A stretch of 64,000 bases of DNA from Candidatus Poribacteria bacterium (GTDB lineage Bacteria; Poribacteria; WGA-4E; WGA-3G). The stretch lies in contig OZ240248.1 of NCBI GenBank assembly GCA_965198235.1, positions 4,096,001 to 4,160,000 on the forward strand, given 5' to 3'. The notes beneath the pieces were generated by a model. That model saw only the letters and a program-made list of their open reading frames with translations. It did no database searches and was not told the origin of the DNA. The position numbers were made by a program, and so were the translations under genes. Each line of letters opens with the position of its first letter. The stretch's first letter is position 1. Shown here in pieces: positions 20,906 through 31,448 of the stretch.

Positions 20906-22101
20906 ATCTTAATATACCTTCCAATGTTCGCAACTTCACGATAGGCATCAACTCGCTTTGCAATGTTAAGCAACTGTGTCTCTGATATATCACCGGACGG
21001 TTCCAAGTCCGTCACCAGATTTGTCAGTTCTTCGTTCTCATCAACAGCACCGCGTTCCGTCAATTCCTCCAAAAAAGTCGGAGTGTCTAAATTAGCATTG
21101 ACATGCCAACGGTTACCAAGATCCGCCCTGAACTTGTCGCGAATGTGCCTTAAAATCTCCGAGCGCGTGTCGCCTTTTTGATACAGTACAGTCATCGCGT
21201 GGACGTACTCGGAACTCAAACGTCTACTTCTCTCCTGCACATCTAACGGTTTTCCAAACCGACGACCCCTCAGCATCAGAAAAACGAAAAGCGTAAGGCA
21301 GATATAAACAGCTCCCAAACCACCCGATGTTCCGAACACAAGTGCCGCAAACGGATTCGGAGGTCTGGTCTCAACCGTGTAGTACCTCTTTTCAGCCAGT
21401 CCGATCCGTGCGTTGCGTGGAAGTGTTGACATGAGGTTATAGAGGAACATGGCGTTATCCTCATCATACCGCAGCCCATTTTTGCTGAATAGATAGACTG
21501 AGGCGATGAAGAAAACGCGTCCTTCACCATCGCGTAGCGTCACAACCACTGCTCCATCCTCTGTCTCATAGAGCGCAGCGACCTCGCGCGCCACAGGTTC
21601 AAGAACAAAATTTGTACGGACGCGAACCTCGTCAACCGGATGCCGCGGAAAGAACGGCTTGTCCGCAATTCGCCGTGAGAATTCCTGACTTTTTGGGAAC
21701 TCGCGCAACTTCAAGCCATACACACTGAAAAGTCCATCCAGCACTTGATCGTTTCCAGCCACAATTAAGGTGCCACCGGTATTGACGAAATCCCGTATAT
21801 CCTTAACTTCCGTCTCAGTCGGAGCCTTGTTGAGGTCTTGCAGGAACAACGCATCGTACCTCTCCAGACGTGCAGGATATATCTCGGATATTTCCGTGAC
21901 GCGGAACTTTAGTTTGCGTAAGGTCCGATGAAGGACCGTGCCATCCACTAATGAATCACACGAAATCTGAAAACAGATAAGCGCAATTAAGATGAAACTG
22001 ACTTTTAACCGCAAGTTTTGGCTTGCAAGCTGCGCCAAAAAAGAGACTCGCACGATTCGCATATTTGTCTTTGCCCACACTGATATGACTGTCGAAAACA
22101 C
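20902..22101 (-). CDS. DUF4350-like membrane-anchored protein (start uncertain, possibly 22062)
   Basis: [19 protein letters not shown] helix then RRFGKP and EYVHAM..LY; standard position upstream of moxR. Confidence 0.7.
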   Translation of the reverse strand: MFSTVISVWAKTNMRIVRVSFLAQLASQNLRLKVSFILIALICFQISCDSLVDGTVLHRTLRKLKFRVTEISEIYPARLERYDALFLQDLNKAPTETEVKDIRDFVNTGGTLIVAGNDQVLDGLFSVYGLKLREFPKSQEFSRRIADKPFFPRHPVDEVRVRTNFVLEPVAREVAALYETEDGAVVVTLRDGEGRVFFIASVYLFSKNGLRYDEDNAMFLYNLMSTLPRNARIGLAEKRYYTVETRPPNPFAALVFGTSGGLGAVYICLTLFVFLMLRGRRFGKPLDVQERSRRLSSEYVHAMTVLYQKGDTRSEILRHIRDKFRADLGNRWHVNANLDTPTFLEELTERGAVDENEELTNLVTDLEPSGDISETQLLNIAKRVDAYREVANIGRYIKI

Positions 22102-22133
22102 CCAGGATACCTAAATCCAACATTATTAAGCGC

Positions 22134-22354
22134 GTAGGTTGGGTTGAACGGAAAATCACTGAAAATTTGACACAGAAGACGAATCTCAAAGTTCACCCAG
22201 AAATCACAAAAGACGAGTGAAACCCAACTCTTTTTACTTCCACAGCAATGGATTGTTGGGTTTCGCTATATCTATCTACACGAACAAGACATCGAAAATC
22301 AATGTTTTCCGTATAAAAGAGGATATGGCACATTTATCGCTCAACCCAACCTAC
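22134..22354. repeat. REPIN-like element (GTAGGTTGGGTTGA...TCAACCCAACCTAC)
   Basis: Outer inverted repeat plus inner GAAACCCAAC/GTTGGGTTTC; other copies at 24687, 29859 and 40243. Confidence 0.85.
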
Positions 22355-22400
22355 GCCATATCTACTCGTATTATCAAACTCACGTAAGGCTGTAGCAAAT

Positions 22401-23027
22401 TCAGTTCCTTGTATAGACTTCTTGCAATAGGTTCCGATAATCCGCGACCGTCTCCGCATCGCACGGTTTGTGCCCGTACCACACCTCATCGAAAACGGTA
22501 ACTGCGGGTCCGAGTGTCGCCTGCAGGTCGATGTCCTCTTGTGCTTGATGGAGGTATTCGCGATTGGTGAGACTTTTATCGTAAGGGAGTACGCCGCGCT
22601 CCTGAAGGTGCAAAATCGCAGAGAGATACAGGAAACGGAGTGCGCCGCGAAAGTCGTTCGACGCTTCTGCTGTCTCCGCGTGGGCAAGGGCAGCTCTCTC
22701 CGTCTCTACCCGCTCCTGCGCGGTCCCTGACACATCGTCGCGCGCTTCAATAATCAGGTTCATCCGGATTTGTCGGACAAAAAAGGCGACCACAATCCCC
22801 AATGCGATGGCTCCAAGCGGGAACAACACATACCTGAGATCCCCATCCCATCTCCCTCTGGGTTCAAGGATCTTCGCCAAAGCTTCTCGGTATTCTTCGT
22901 AAGAGACATCCATTTCTGCACGCGCCTCTAATTCTTCGCGAAACGCCTGTTCTTCAGTCTCCATCGCACAAAGAGTAGAAAAACCGATAAGACACACTAT
23001 GACACAAAAACAAACCCTTTTTTTCAC
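22401..23027 (-). CDS. DUF4129 domain protein
   Basis: DFRGALRFLYLSAILHL..RG, TNREY, FDEVWYG; GTG start at 23027. Confidence 0.85.
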   Translation of the reverse strand: MKKRVCFCVIVCLIGFSTLCAMETEEQAFREELEARAEMDVSYEEYREALAKILEPRGRWDGDLRYVLFPLGAIALGIVVAFFVRQIRMNLIIEARDDVSGTAQERVETERAALAHAETAEASNDFRGALRFLYLSAILHLQERGVLPYDKSLTNREYLHQAQEDIDLQATLGPAVTVFDEVWYGHKPCDAETVADYRNLLQEVYTRN

Positions 23028-23029
23028 AG

Positions 23030-23356
23030 TTACGCCGCCTCTCTTATAGCATCCTGTTTCACACTGACCCGTTCCAGATACAGAAGTGTCGTTAAAATTG
23101 CCCATATCGGTACCAGAAAGGTAGCGATCAAACCCTTGACAATTAGGATCGCCACCGTAACAGGAGGACTCAATAACTTCGGCAATACTACCTCAATATC
23201 ACCACCGATGAAGAGACTCAAGAATTTGAGAGGCAGTAACGCATCGCGAACCTGTGCAAGATCCGGAACGAACACAGAAAACACTAACAACATAACGCCG
23301 AGTAGCACCGAGGTAACGACCGAACCGGTATCACAATCCGCCAGAACAGCCCACAA
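23030..23356 (-). pseudogene. C-terminal fragment of another paralog of the 23464-24342 membrane family
   Basis: Ends ATFLVPIWAILTTLLYLE, like ATLTMPISVIGSTLIYFD; no N-terminal half or convincing start. Confidence 0.5.
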
Positions 23357-23463
23357 TGATTACGATACAGCGTGACAATTGTTCCAGCAAGTTTCTTGAT
23401 GTGCTGATCAGCAGGCATTCCGATTTCCTTGACGTTGTGCGTGAAAAGTGGGGAAGTGAGTTC

Positions 23464-24342
23464 CTAATCCGTTACCCGCATCTCAATATCAAAAGCCTCT
23501 TTCCGAATGCGTAGATCGAAATAGATCAGTGTAGAACCGATGACACTGATCGGCATCGTAAGGGTAGCAATACTTAGGCTAACCAAACGCCGAATCGTAT
23601 AAGAGAACCACCCAATTTCGCTTGGAGTTGGAACAAATAGCTGACGGAGTGTGTCTAAAAGACCCGTAAGTTCCTCGGCTTCAGTCAGCCCCATCCAAGA
23701 GAGGAGAAACCCTGAAGATGCTTCAAGTATAAAATATATCATGAAAGAGATTAGGGAAATCGCCAACATAATTCCAAAGACTCGCCACCAAGTGTTTTTA
23801 ACCAATTCGGTGCTACGGCGCAAAGCATTCCTCGCCGTGGTCCCTTCAAGCAGCACAGGAAGCGGATAGAGACCCCATCGAACTGAAAAATAGATTGCAA
23901 ACGGAATACCAATAATTGTAATCGTCAAACCACCTACAACTAACGACCAGAGAATTAAACTGCCGAGGTACGTCCAAAACCGTTGCCACGCTCGCTGCAA
24001 AGCGATCCCCTGGATAATCTCTCTTCCTAAATAGACATGTGCACTCGCGTATGCCAGCCCAGCAACAACGAACGTAGACACCGCAACACTAAATAAGATA
24101 GTGAATACCAATATCACCAAACCTGTACCCGCCGTGGTATCTGTCTCAAGCAGAAACACAGAAATGAGATCGACACCAAATGACAAAACCAGATAAACGG
24201 CTGCGATTGCTAAAAACAAACGGAAGTGGTTCCGATAGAAACTGAACATCCCATCCAGAATATCCGTGAAATCCATCGGTTGTAGAGGTGTAGTCCCGGT
24301 TTCATTGCTATTCACCTGTGCTAAATCGTTGTGTTCTTGCAT
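23464..24342 (-). CDS. Integral membrane protein (GDPD membrane-domain-like) of the MoxR cluster
   Basis: PMDFTDILD, multiple TM helices, ALRRSTELVK..WWRVFG, LIYFDLRIRKE. Confidence 0.8.
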   Translation of the reverse strand: MQEHNDLAQVNSNETGTTPLQPMDFTDILDGMFSFYRNHFRLFLAIAAVYLVLSFGVDLISVFLLETDTTAGTGLVILVFTILFSVAVSTFVVAGLAYASAHVYLGREIIQGIALQRAWQRFWTYLGSLILWSLVVGGLTITIIGIPFAIYFSVRWGLYPLPVLLEGTTARNALRRSTELVKNTWWRVFGIMLAISLISFMIYFILEASSGFLLSWMGLTEAEELTGLLDTLRQLFVPTPSEIGWFSYTIRRLVSLSIATLTMPISVIGSTLIYFDLRIRKEAFDIEMRVTD

Positions 24343-24686
24343 ATTTTCCCACCCTTGAAAAGATTTATCGGAATACGGTTATTGTATCACATCTTCTGTT
24401 TATCATCAAGGTTCCGCGGCGGTATTCCAGAGCCATTCAATTCTTCTGTAGGAGGCGGAACATCCAATCAAAAATACTCCGATTCCCGACTCTTACTGAT
24501 TGTTTCTGGAGGTATTTGCCCTCATCTCAATATCATATGATTCTAACCTACATCCCGCCTCACCAGCAGTACCAGTATTATACAATGTAAACTTGACTGC
24601 AGGACTCAGGACACAGAAGCGGATAACTTGGAAACCTTTAAGTTTTTATACAACGTAAGTTTGATAATAAAAATGCCCGTATAAAT

Positions 24687-24789
24687 GTAGGTTGGGTTGA
24701 GCGGTAGGAGTTCCAGACCCTCTGTTTACCCCAGGAGCCCGATTGCCGATGAACCCTTGGTATACACACAGAGATAGCGAAACCCAACA
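24687..24789 (+). repeat. Half REPIN-like element
   Basis: GTAGGTTGGGTTGAGCG...GCGAAACCCAAC. Confidence 0.75.
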
Positions 24790-24913
24790 ATCCAGCTGCT
24801 TCTGACAACTTGATCGCTGATGGCTGACAAATAAAACCTAATGCGTTGTCTCGGACACAGAGGTGTGGTATACTCTATCTGTTATAGGATTTAGCCACAA
24901 AGGAGAAACCGGA

Positions 24914-25819
24914 ATGCATAGCGAGCGCGTGAGATGGAAAGATAGATGCATATACCGAATAGTGTCTATATTCGGATGGTGGTGCCATCGTCTTCCCAAA
25001 GGGTGGGCACTGCAACTCGGAAGCGGCATAGGGATGCTGTCTTATTATCTCATCAAAAAACGCCGGCAGATCGCCCTAAACAATCTACAGATTGCGTTCG
25101 GCAGCCACCTCACGAACTCGCAACGGACAGAGATTTGCAAGGCGAGTTTCATCAATGTTGGCAAAACCTGTATTGAATTCCTCCGGTTTCCCAAACTTAA
25201 CACCGCAAACATCTGGCACGAAGTCTCTGTAGAAGGGGCAGAAAATCTCCATGCCGCCTTGGCGGGTGGCAAAGGCGCGATAGTATTCCTACCACATTTC
25301 GGGAACTGGGAACTCCTCTCACTCGTATACGGCGCGCTGATTCCCAATCGGGCGAAAGCCATCGCTTTCCCTCTGAAAAACGCTCTCCTTAATACCTACA
25401 TTTGGCAACGTCGCGAGCAGATGAGTTTAAAACTGATCCCTCGGGAGCAAGCGATCCGAGAGACACTGCGTGCCCTCAAAAACAACGATGCAGTCGGTTT
25501 CTTCGCAGATCAGAACGCCGGTCCAGAAGGTGTATTCGTCAATTTTCTGGGGAAACCAGCGTCAGCCGCCCGCGGTCCCGTTACATTAGCACTTAAGACC
25601 GGGGCAGCCCTCCTCTTCTCACTAAGTGTCCGCCAACCAGACGACCGACATCACGTCTATATCTCATCCCCAATTCACCCCAATCCCTCCGGTGACTTTG
25701 AAATAGACATTGAAACTTACACAACACAGATGCTGAAACAACTGGAAGCATATATCCACAAATATCCAGAACAGTGGCTGTGGCTCCACAACCGATGGAA
25801 AACACAACCACATCCCTAA
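24914..25819 (+). CDS. Lipid A acyltransferase LpxL/HtrB family
   Basis: HFGNWE, DQNAG, PEQWLWLHNRWK; SD AGGAG before ATG 24914. Confidence 0.9.
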   Translation: MHSERVRWKDRCIYRIVSIFGWWCHRLPKGWALQLGSGIGMLSYYLIKKRRQIALNNLQIAFGSHLTNSQRTEICKASFINVGKTCIEFLRFPKLNTANIWHEVSVEGAENLHAALAGGKGAIVFLPHFGNWELLSLVYGALIPNRAKAIAFPLKNALLNTYIWQRREQMSLKLIPREQAIRETLRALKNNDAVGFFADQNAGPEGVFVNFLGKPASAARGPVTLALKTGAALLFSLSVRQPDDRHHVYISSPIHPNPSGDFEIDIETYTTQMLKQLEAYIHKYPEQWLWLHNRWKTQPHP

Positions 25820-25920
25820 AAATTGTGTTGCATCAACGCTGAATCCATGTTAAAATAGAGAGGATTCTCAAAAACAGTGAAAACGTTGCGTCATATTTTG
25901 AACCGCAGAGGGAAATTCTC

Positions 25921-27468
25921 ATGAAAAGATACACCTTGTCCTTCATCGTCTTAGTGTTTGCCATCGGTATCCCGTTTCTGCTCATTAACCCGAGTGGAAA
26001 AGACGCTATAAGCGGAGACGAACGCGTCACCCGTGTGATGTTAACCGACGCACTCACAACCGCCATCCGTATCGCCGAGAAAAACTACTATAAACCGATC
26101 GAAGATACCAATGACATGTTCCGTGGCTCCATCAAAGGGGCACTCGCCTCCCTTGATGACCCATATACATATTACATCAAACGGCGCGATCACCAGCGCG
26201 CTGTCGAAAATCTTTACAATGCCGAATTCGGAGGACTTGGTATTCATATCTACAGTGATCATCGAGGATTTATTAAGATTTCTAAACCGATTCCAAATAC
26301 ACCCGCTGCGCTTGCCAATCTCCAAGCCGGAGATTACATCACCAAAGTCAACAGTAAACGGATTCATCTCAGCGAAAAAACGGGCATAACGCGGGGCGAT
26401 GTCATCGATCTGCTCAGAGGAAAAGCCGGCACCGATGTGACAATCACAGTCCAACGCAAATTTCTTGAACCCTTCGAGGTAACGCTCACCCGTGCCATCG
26501 TTCCTATCAGGAGCGTGAAATCAACGATGCTTGAGGGAGACATCGGTTACATTCAGATCTCAGGGTTCATCGGAAACAAGGATGGCACAGAAGTAGAGTT
26601 TAAAAACGCGCTTGCCGCACACAAAGCCGCCGGTATGAAAGCCCTCATCTTGGATTTGCGGGACAACCAAGGTGGACTCCTGAATGCCGCATATCACATC
26701 GCCGATGCTTTTATTGACGAAGGGCTTATCGTGTCAACAAGAAGCGAAACAAATAGCCAATTTAATGAAGAATATCCGGCAACATCTAATATCCTGTGTC
26801 CACCAGATATTCCACTCGTCGTCCTCGTCAACGAATACAGCGCGAGTGCCTCCGAAATCGTAGCAGGTGCGATTAAGGATACGCGCCGTGGCATCCTCGT
26901 TGGAAAGAAAACTTACGGCAAAGGGGTCGTTCAAAAACGCTACGAACTCCCTGATGGCGGTTCACTGTCGCTCACCATCTCTACCTATTATACACCAAAT
27001 GGCTCCTCAATTAACGAGGTCGGGATTACGCCACAGGTCTCTGTTGATCTTGAGGAACCCGATGAGATAGAAGAGATAATGCTCAGAAAGGTCGATACAA
27101 CCGATTCTGTCGAAAATTTCGTCTCAAAATGGATTGATGATGCCCATCAGAATCCCGGTGAAATGCCCAAAGACTTCTCTCAGCTCGAAACTGAACTTCC
27201 GAAATTACAGCAAACGCTCAAAGAAGAAGAAAACATCACCACCAGTCTACGATGGCTGAAATTGCGGGCAGAGCGGCTCTTTAATCTATATGTCGGTATT
27301 GATCAGGTAGTGAATTTAGACTACGACCGACAATTGCGGGAGGCAATGCGCATTATTAATGCCGATGAAATTAGCAAGTATCTCAACCCTTCACCAGAAG
27401 AAACAGAACCGCCTTCGACGACGCAAGCGAACGTCCCCCTGGAAGATGAGGTTATCACTGAAGAGTAG
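25921..27468 (+). CDS. S41 carboxy-terminal processing protease (CtpA/Prc-like) with PDZ domain
   Basis: LDDPYT, FGGLGI, LDLRDNQGG, SASASEI, TYGKGVVQ. Confidence 0.95.
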   Translation: MKRYTLSFIVLVFAIGIPFLLINPSGKDAISGDERVTRVMLTDALTTAIRIAEKNYYKPIEDTNDMFRGSIKGALASLDDPYTYYIKRRDHQRAVENLYNAEFGGLGIHIYSDHRGFIKISKPIPNTPAALANLQAGDYITKVNSKRIHLSEKTGITRGDVIDLLRGKAGTDVTITVQRKFLEPFEVTLTRAIVPIRSVKSTMLEGDIGYIQISGFIGNKDGTEVEFKNALAAHKAAGMKALILDLRDNQGGLLNAAYHIADAFIDEGLIVSTRSETNSQFNEEYPATSNILCPPDIPLVVLVNEYSASASEIVAGAIKDTRRGILVGKKTYGKGVVQKRYELPDGGSLSLTISTYYTPNGSSINEVGITPQVSVDLEEPDEIEEIMLRKVDTTDSVENFVSKWIDDAHQNPGEMPKDFSQLETELPKLQQTLKEEENITTSLRWLKLRAERLFNLYVGIDQVVNLDYDRQLREAMRIINADEISKYLNPSPEETEPPSTTQANVPLEDEVITEE

Positions 27469-27627
27469 CGGTCAGCGGTCAGCAAAGAAGCGGTCAGCAG
27501 TCAGCAGTCAGAAAGAGTTTTTTTGTGGCAGATTGAACGTTCAATTCCGCCACATACCGATGGTTTCTGATTGCTGAAAGTAAGCGCAGCGAACGTCCTG
27601 ACGGTTTCCGATAGCCATTGCCAAAAC

Positions 27628-29559
27628 ATGAATTCCAGAATCTCGAACCCACCGGATGTCATCAGAAAAAAAGCACTAATTGTCGGACTCATTCTGGTTG
27701 TTATTAACGCGTATTGGGTAGGGATAGCGAGTGAACTCTGGTATGCAGTCTATACACTCGTTTCACCGTTTTCCAACGCCGTTTTCACCCTATTTGTCCT
27801 GCTCGCGCTCAACGTCTTCCTCCGTAAAGGCGCGCCACGCCTCGCCTTCACCCCCGCAGAACTGCTACTCATCTATATTATGGTGACAATGGTGTCCACG
27901 ATCTCAGGACACGCGATGATGGCGATTCTCATGGGGACGCTCGCACATCCGTTCTGGTTCGCAAGCCCTGAAAACGAATGGGCACAACTCTTTCTACACC
28001 ACATCCCGTCATGGCTCACAGTCCACGAGTTCGAGTGGTTAGCGGGTTATTACGAGGGCGAATCGAGCATCTATTGGGCAGAACACCTCCGCATTTGGAT
28101 TAGACCCGCGCTTCTCTGGTCAGGCTTTATCTTTCTGCTCTACGGTTCATTGCTCTGTTTAGGGTTGTTCCTCCGCAAGCAGTGGATGGAACGCGAAAAA
28201 CTAAGCTTCCCGCTAACGCAATTGCCACTGCAAATGACAACCAATCGCAGTTTTTTCCGTTCCCGCGCCCTCTGGTTCGGATTTGGAATCGCCGCGCTAC
28301 TCCGTGTGATGGCTGGGTTGCACGACATTTTTCCCGTTATCCCCGCGTTGCCACCTAACTATCGGCTCGACCGACACTTTACGGAACGTCCTTGGAATGC
28401 GATCGGCTACGCCTCAATGTCCTTTAACCTCGCAATCGTCGGGTTAACCTATTTCATGCCGCTTGACCTTGCGTTTTCGACATGGTTCTTCTTTTGGCTC
28501 ACGCGTGCAGAACGCGTGATCGCAAGCACAGTCGGCGTAACAAACCTCAACATCTTGCATTTCAACGACCGGGCTTCTGGGGCTTGGGTAGGTATTGCTG
28601 TGCTGACGCTCTGGATGAGCCGTCGGCACTTTGTCCGATTTTGCCGACACGTGATCGGAAGAGAACGCGGGGACGACAGCAGAGAACCCTTCTCCTATCG
28701 GACAGTCGCAGTCCTGACCGTGCTGAGTGTAGGACTCGTCTTCGCATTCTGCTATGCCGCAGGTATGTCATTATGGGCAATCAGCGTATTTTACGCCCTA
28801 TTTATAGCGTTTGCCATAGCGATAGGACGCGTCCGGGCTGAACTCGGTCCGCCTTACCATGAAGTTATCGGTATCAATCCACGGCAGATGATGGTGGGTA
28901 TGTTCGGAACACGACAATTGGGTGCTGCAAACCTTACTGTCATGACGTTCCTCTACGCTTTCAACCGTTGCAACCGTTCACACCCGATGCCAAACCAGAT
29001 TGAATCCCTTCGGATCGGAGAACGTTCAGGGATGCCCGGCAAAACGTTGCTTGTCGGAATGGCACTCGCAATCGCAGTCGGTGCGTTGGCGACGTTCTGG
29101 ACGTATCTGCAAGTCGCTTATCATTACGGTGTGCTGGCGCAATGCCAAGGCGCTGTCGGACGCTTCGGATGGGAGAGTTTCAACCCGCTTCAAAGTTGGT
29201 TACAGCATCCCAAAGAACCGGATGTCAGCGCGATGATCTTTATGAGTGGTGGGTTCGCCTTTGTGTTTGTCCTTAACTTCCTACGGACACGACTGCTGTG
29301 GTGGACGCTTCATCCATCAGGTTATGTGCTTTCAGGAGCGTCATGGGGTGGACTCATCTACTTTTGGTTCCCCGTAATGGTGAGTTGGCTCATCAAGTTT
29401 TTGATTCTCCGTTTCTCAGGTTGGCAAACATATCGTAAAGCGATCCCGTTCTTCCTCGGATTAGTTTTGGGGGATTACATTCCGCGCAGCATTCTGAGCC
29501 TCATCAGTTTCGCCTTGCACCTTTATATGCCATCATCCGGTGCGGGACATACACTTTAG
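27628..29559 (+). CDS. Polytopic membrane protein, putative transporter (DUF6785/DUF6784-like)
   Basis: Many TM helices; LRKQW..EKLSFPL, RVRAELG, WWTLHPSGY, PFFLGLVLGD. Confidence 0.7.
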   Translation: MNSRISNPPDVIRKKALIVGLILVVINAYWVGIASELWYAVYTLVSPFSNAVFTLFVLLALNVFLRKGAPRLAFTPAELLLIYIMVTMVSTISGHAMMAILMGTLAHPFWFASPENEWAQLFLHHIPSWLTVHEFEWLAGYYEGESSIYWAEHLRIWIRPALLWSGFIFLLYGSLLCLGLFLRKQWMEREKLSFPLTQLPLQMTTNRSFFRSRALWFGFGIAALLRVMAGLHDIFPVIPALPPNYRLDRHFTERPWNAIGYASMSFNLAIVGLTYFMPLDLAFSTWFFFWLTRAERVIASTVGVTNLNILHFNDRASGAWVGIAVLTLWMSRRHFVRFCRHVIGRERGDDSREPFSYRTVAVLTVLSVGLVFAFCYAAGMSLWAISVFYALFIAFAIAIGRVRAELGPPYHEVIGINPRQMMVGMFGTRQLGAANLTVMTFLYAFNRCNRSHPMPNQIESLRIGERSGMPGKTLLVGMALAIAVGALATFWTYLQVAYHYGVLAQCQGAVGRFGWESFNPLQSWLQHPKEPDVSAMIFMSGGFAFVFVLNFLRTRLLWWTLHPSGYVLSGASWGGLIYFWFPVMVSWLIKFLILRFSGWQTYRKAIPFFLGLVLGDYIPRSILSLISFALHLYMPSSGAGHTL

Positions 29560-29801
29560 TATTGGCTATCAGCAGTCGGAAACCATTCCTGTAGGAGGGA
29601 ACTCCGATTCCCGACTGTTCCTCTGTCCTCCTGATAAGGGGGATTGAGGGGGTTAGGTGGACTGACTGCCGACAGTTTCCGAAACACCTCGCCAGCGAGG
29701 TGAGAGGTTCTCAATTCCATGTGTTAACATATTTTCGGCTTTACTATAAATTCTGAATCTTCATGTAACCTTTCCAGCCCCTAAATGACATTAATCTTGA
29801 T

Positions 29802-29830
29802 TTGACAAAATGGGCATTTCACCATACAAT
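29802..29830 (+). promoter_or_regulatory. Putative sigma70 promoter
   Basis: TTGACA-17nt-TACAAT. Confidence 0.6.
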
Positions 29831-29858
29831 TACTATATACCGACAGAAATCAGTAGAT

Positions 29859-30090
29859 GTAGGTTGGGCTGAGCGGAAAATGAAAAAACAACTCATTTCA
29901 TCCAGGACTTCGCATTTTCAAGAGACTGGAAGACGCAGAAATCTAAGCGAAACCCAACGCTGCTCGCACACCTGTCTGGTTCGGACGGATGTTGGGTTTC
30001 ACTCTCGCTCCTTTAGAGGAAAGATCACAGATGAAAACGCCGCATTTTGGATGTATAGCCTTTTATCCTCTCCCGTTCAACCCAACCTAC
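29859..30090. repeat. REPIN-like element
   Basis: GTAGGTTGGGCTGA...TCAACCCAACCTAC with inner inverted repeat. Confidence 0.85.
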
Positions 30091-30172
30091 GGGGCAATCC
30101 TTAACGTCGAATTCACGTTATATACCGAATAGAAACCAAACCAATCAACAGTCAAGATGAGACGGAAACCCA

Positions 30173-31222
30173 ATGCCGACACAATTACTCACCGTAAACG
30201 CAATTACAAAAGCGTTCGTAGCTAACCAACCGCCAATCGTTAGAAACATTAGCTTCAGCGTATACTTGGGCGAAATTTTCGCGCTTTTAGGACCCAGCGG
30301 TTGCGGAAAAACCACCACCTTGCGCCTGATCGCCGGTTTTGAGAAGGCAGACACCGGTACAATCTCCATGGCGGAACGCACACTTGCCGACAGTGATACC
30401 CACGTGCCGCCTGAATCACGAGGTATCGGCTTTGTGTTTCAGGACTACGCCCTCTTTCCACACAAAAATGTGCTTGAAAACGTCGCTTTCGGTCTCCGAA
30501 AAGTGCCGAAAAAAACACGGCAGGAAAGAGCGTTCGCGGTGTTGGATATGGTCGGAATGACGAACCTACAGTCGCGTTTACCGCACCATCTCTCTGGCGG
30601 CGAGCAGCAGCGGGTCGCATTGGCGCGTGCTATCATCGCGCGTCCGAAACTGCTCCTCTTAGACGAACCTTTTTCAAGTCTCGATCCGGGATTACGGCAG
30701 TCTACCCGTGAGGAGGTCCGCTCGCTCTTGAAAGCCGAAGGGATTAGCGCAGTGCTCGTCACACACGCGCAGGAAGAAGCATTGAGTTTCGCCGAGCGGT
30801 TGGGCGTGATGAAAGAAGGCACCCTTGAACAGATCGGCACCCCCGAAGCGGTGTATCGCCATCCGAAAACGGCTTACGTCGCAGATTTTCTGGGACAAAC
30901 AAACTTCATCCGCGCACACATCAAAGATGGGATCGCAGAAACCCCGTTCGGACATGTAAAAGTAGAAGGGGCTGACAGTGGGAACGCACTTCTCTCTATC
31001 CGACCTGAATGTTTGCAGATGATGACACCCGACACTCAAAGTAGCATCAAAAGTGGGCGCGTCGTTGAACAAGCGTTTAAAGGGCACGATTTTACATATC
31101 GGGTGGAGATGGATGGACAGCAGTACTTCGTCCAGACCGACTACCAGTGTCCGTTTCAGATAGGGGACACGGTTATGTTGAAAGCGGTTTCAGCAGTAGC
31201 AGTTACACCCGAAACCGAATAG
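30173..31222 (+). CDS. ABC transporter ATP-binding subunit (FbpC/PotA-like)
   Basis: GPSGCGKTT, VFQDYALFPH, LSGGEQQR, LLLDEP. Confidence 0.95.
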   Translation: MPTQLLTVNAITKAFVANQPPIVRNISFSVYLGEIFALLGPSGCGKTTTLRLIAGFEKADTGTISMAERTLADSDTHVPPESRGIGFVFQDYALFPHKNVLENVAFGLRKVPKKTRQERAFAVLDMVGMTNLQSRLPHHLSGGEQQRVALARAIIARPKLLLLDEPFSSLDPGLRQSTREEVRSLLKAEGISAVLVTHAQEEALSFAERLGVMKEGTLEQIGTPEAVYRHPKTAYVADFLGQTNFIRAHIKDGIAETPFGHVKVEGADSGNALLSIRPECLQMMTPDTQSSIKSGRVVEQAFKGHDFTYRVEMDGQQYFVQTDYQCPFQIGDTVMLKAVSAVAVTPETE

Positions 31223-31448
31223 AAATAAACGCAAGAGGAAGCACTGACAGATGTCCGGGCAGGGAGATTCAAATATCTCTAAATCAAGGGGAATGGCATT
31301 GAGGGATGTCCACAGAAAGAGGCGAGGTTAGAAACCTCGCCAGCGGGGAAAGGCGTTTATTATACCTCTACTGATTTAAAGGTCTATATACTTCTAAAAT
31401 TTACCATAATACTTCCTTTAATTGCGAAAACAAAAGTAGAAGCACGAA

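Noticed and set aside
29802-30104. ORFs spanning REPINs (also 40291-40737, 22005-22196)
   Set aside because: Chance open frames in repeat DNA.
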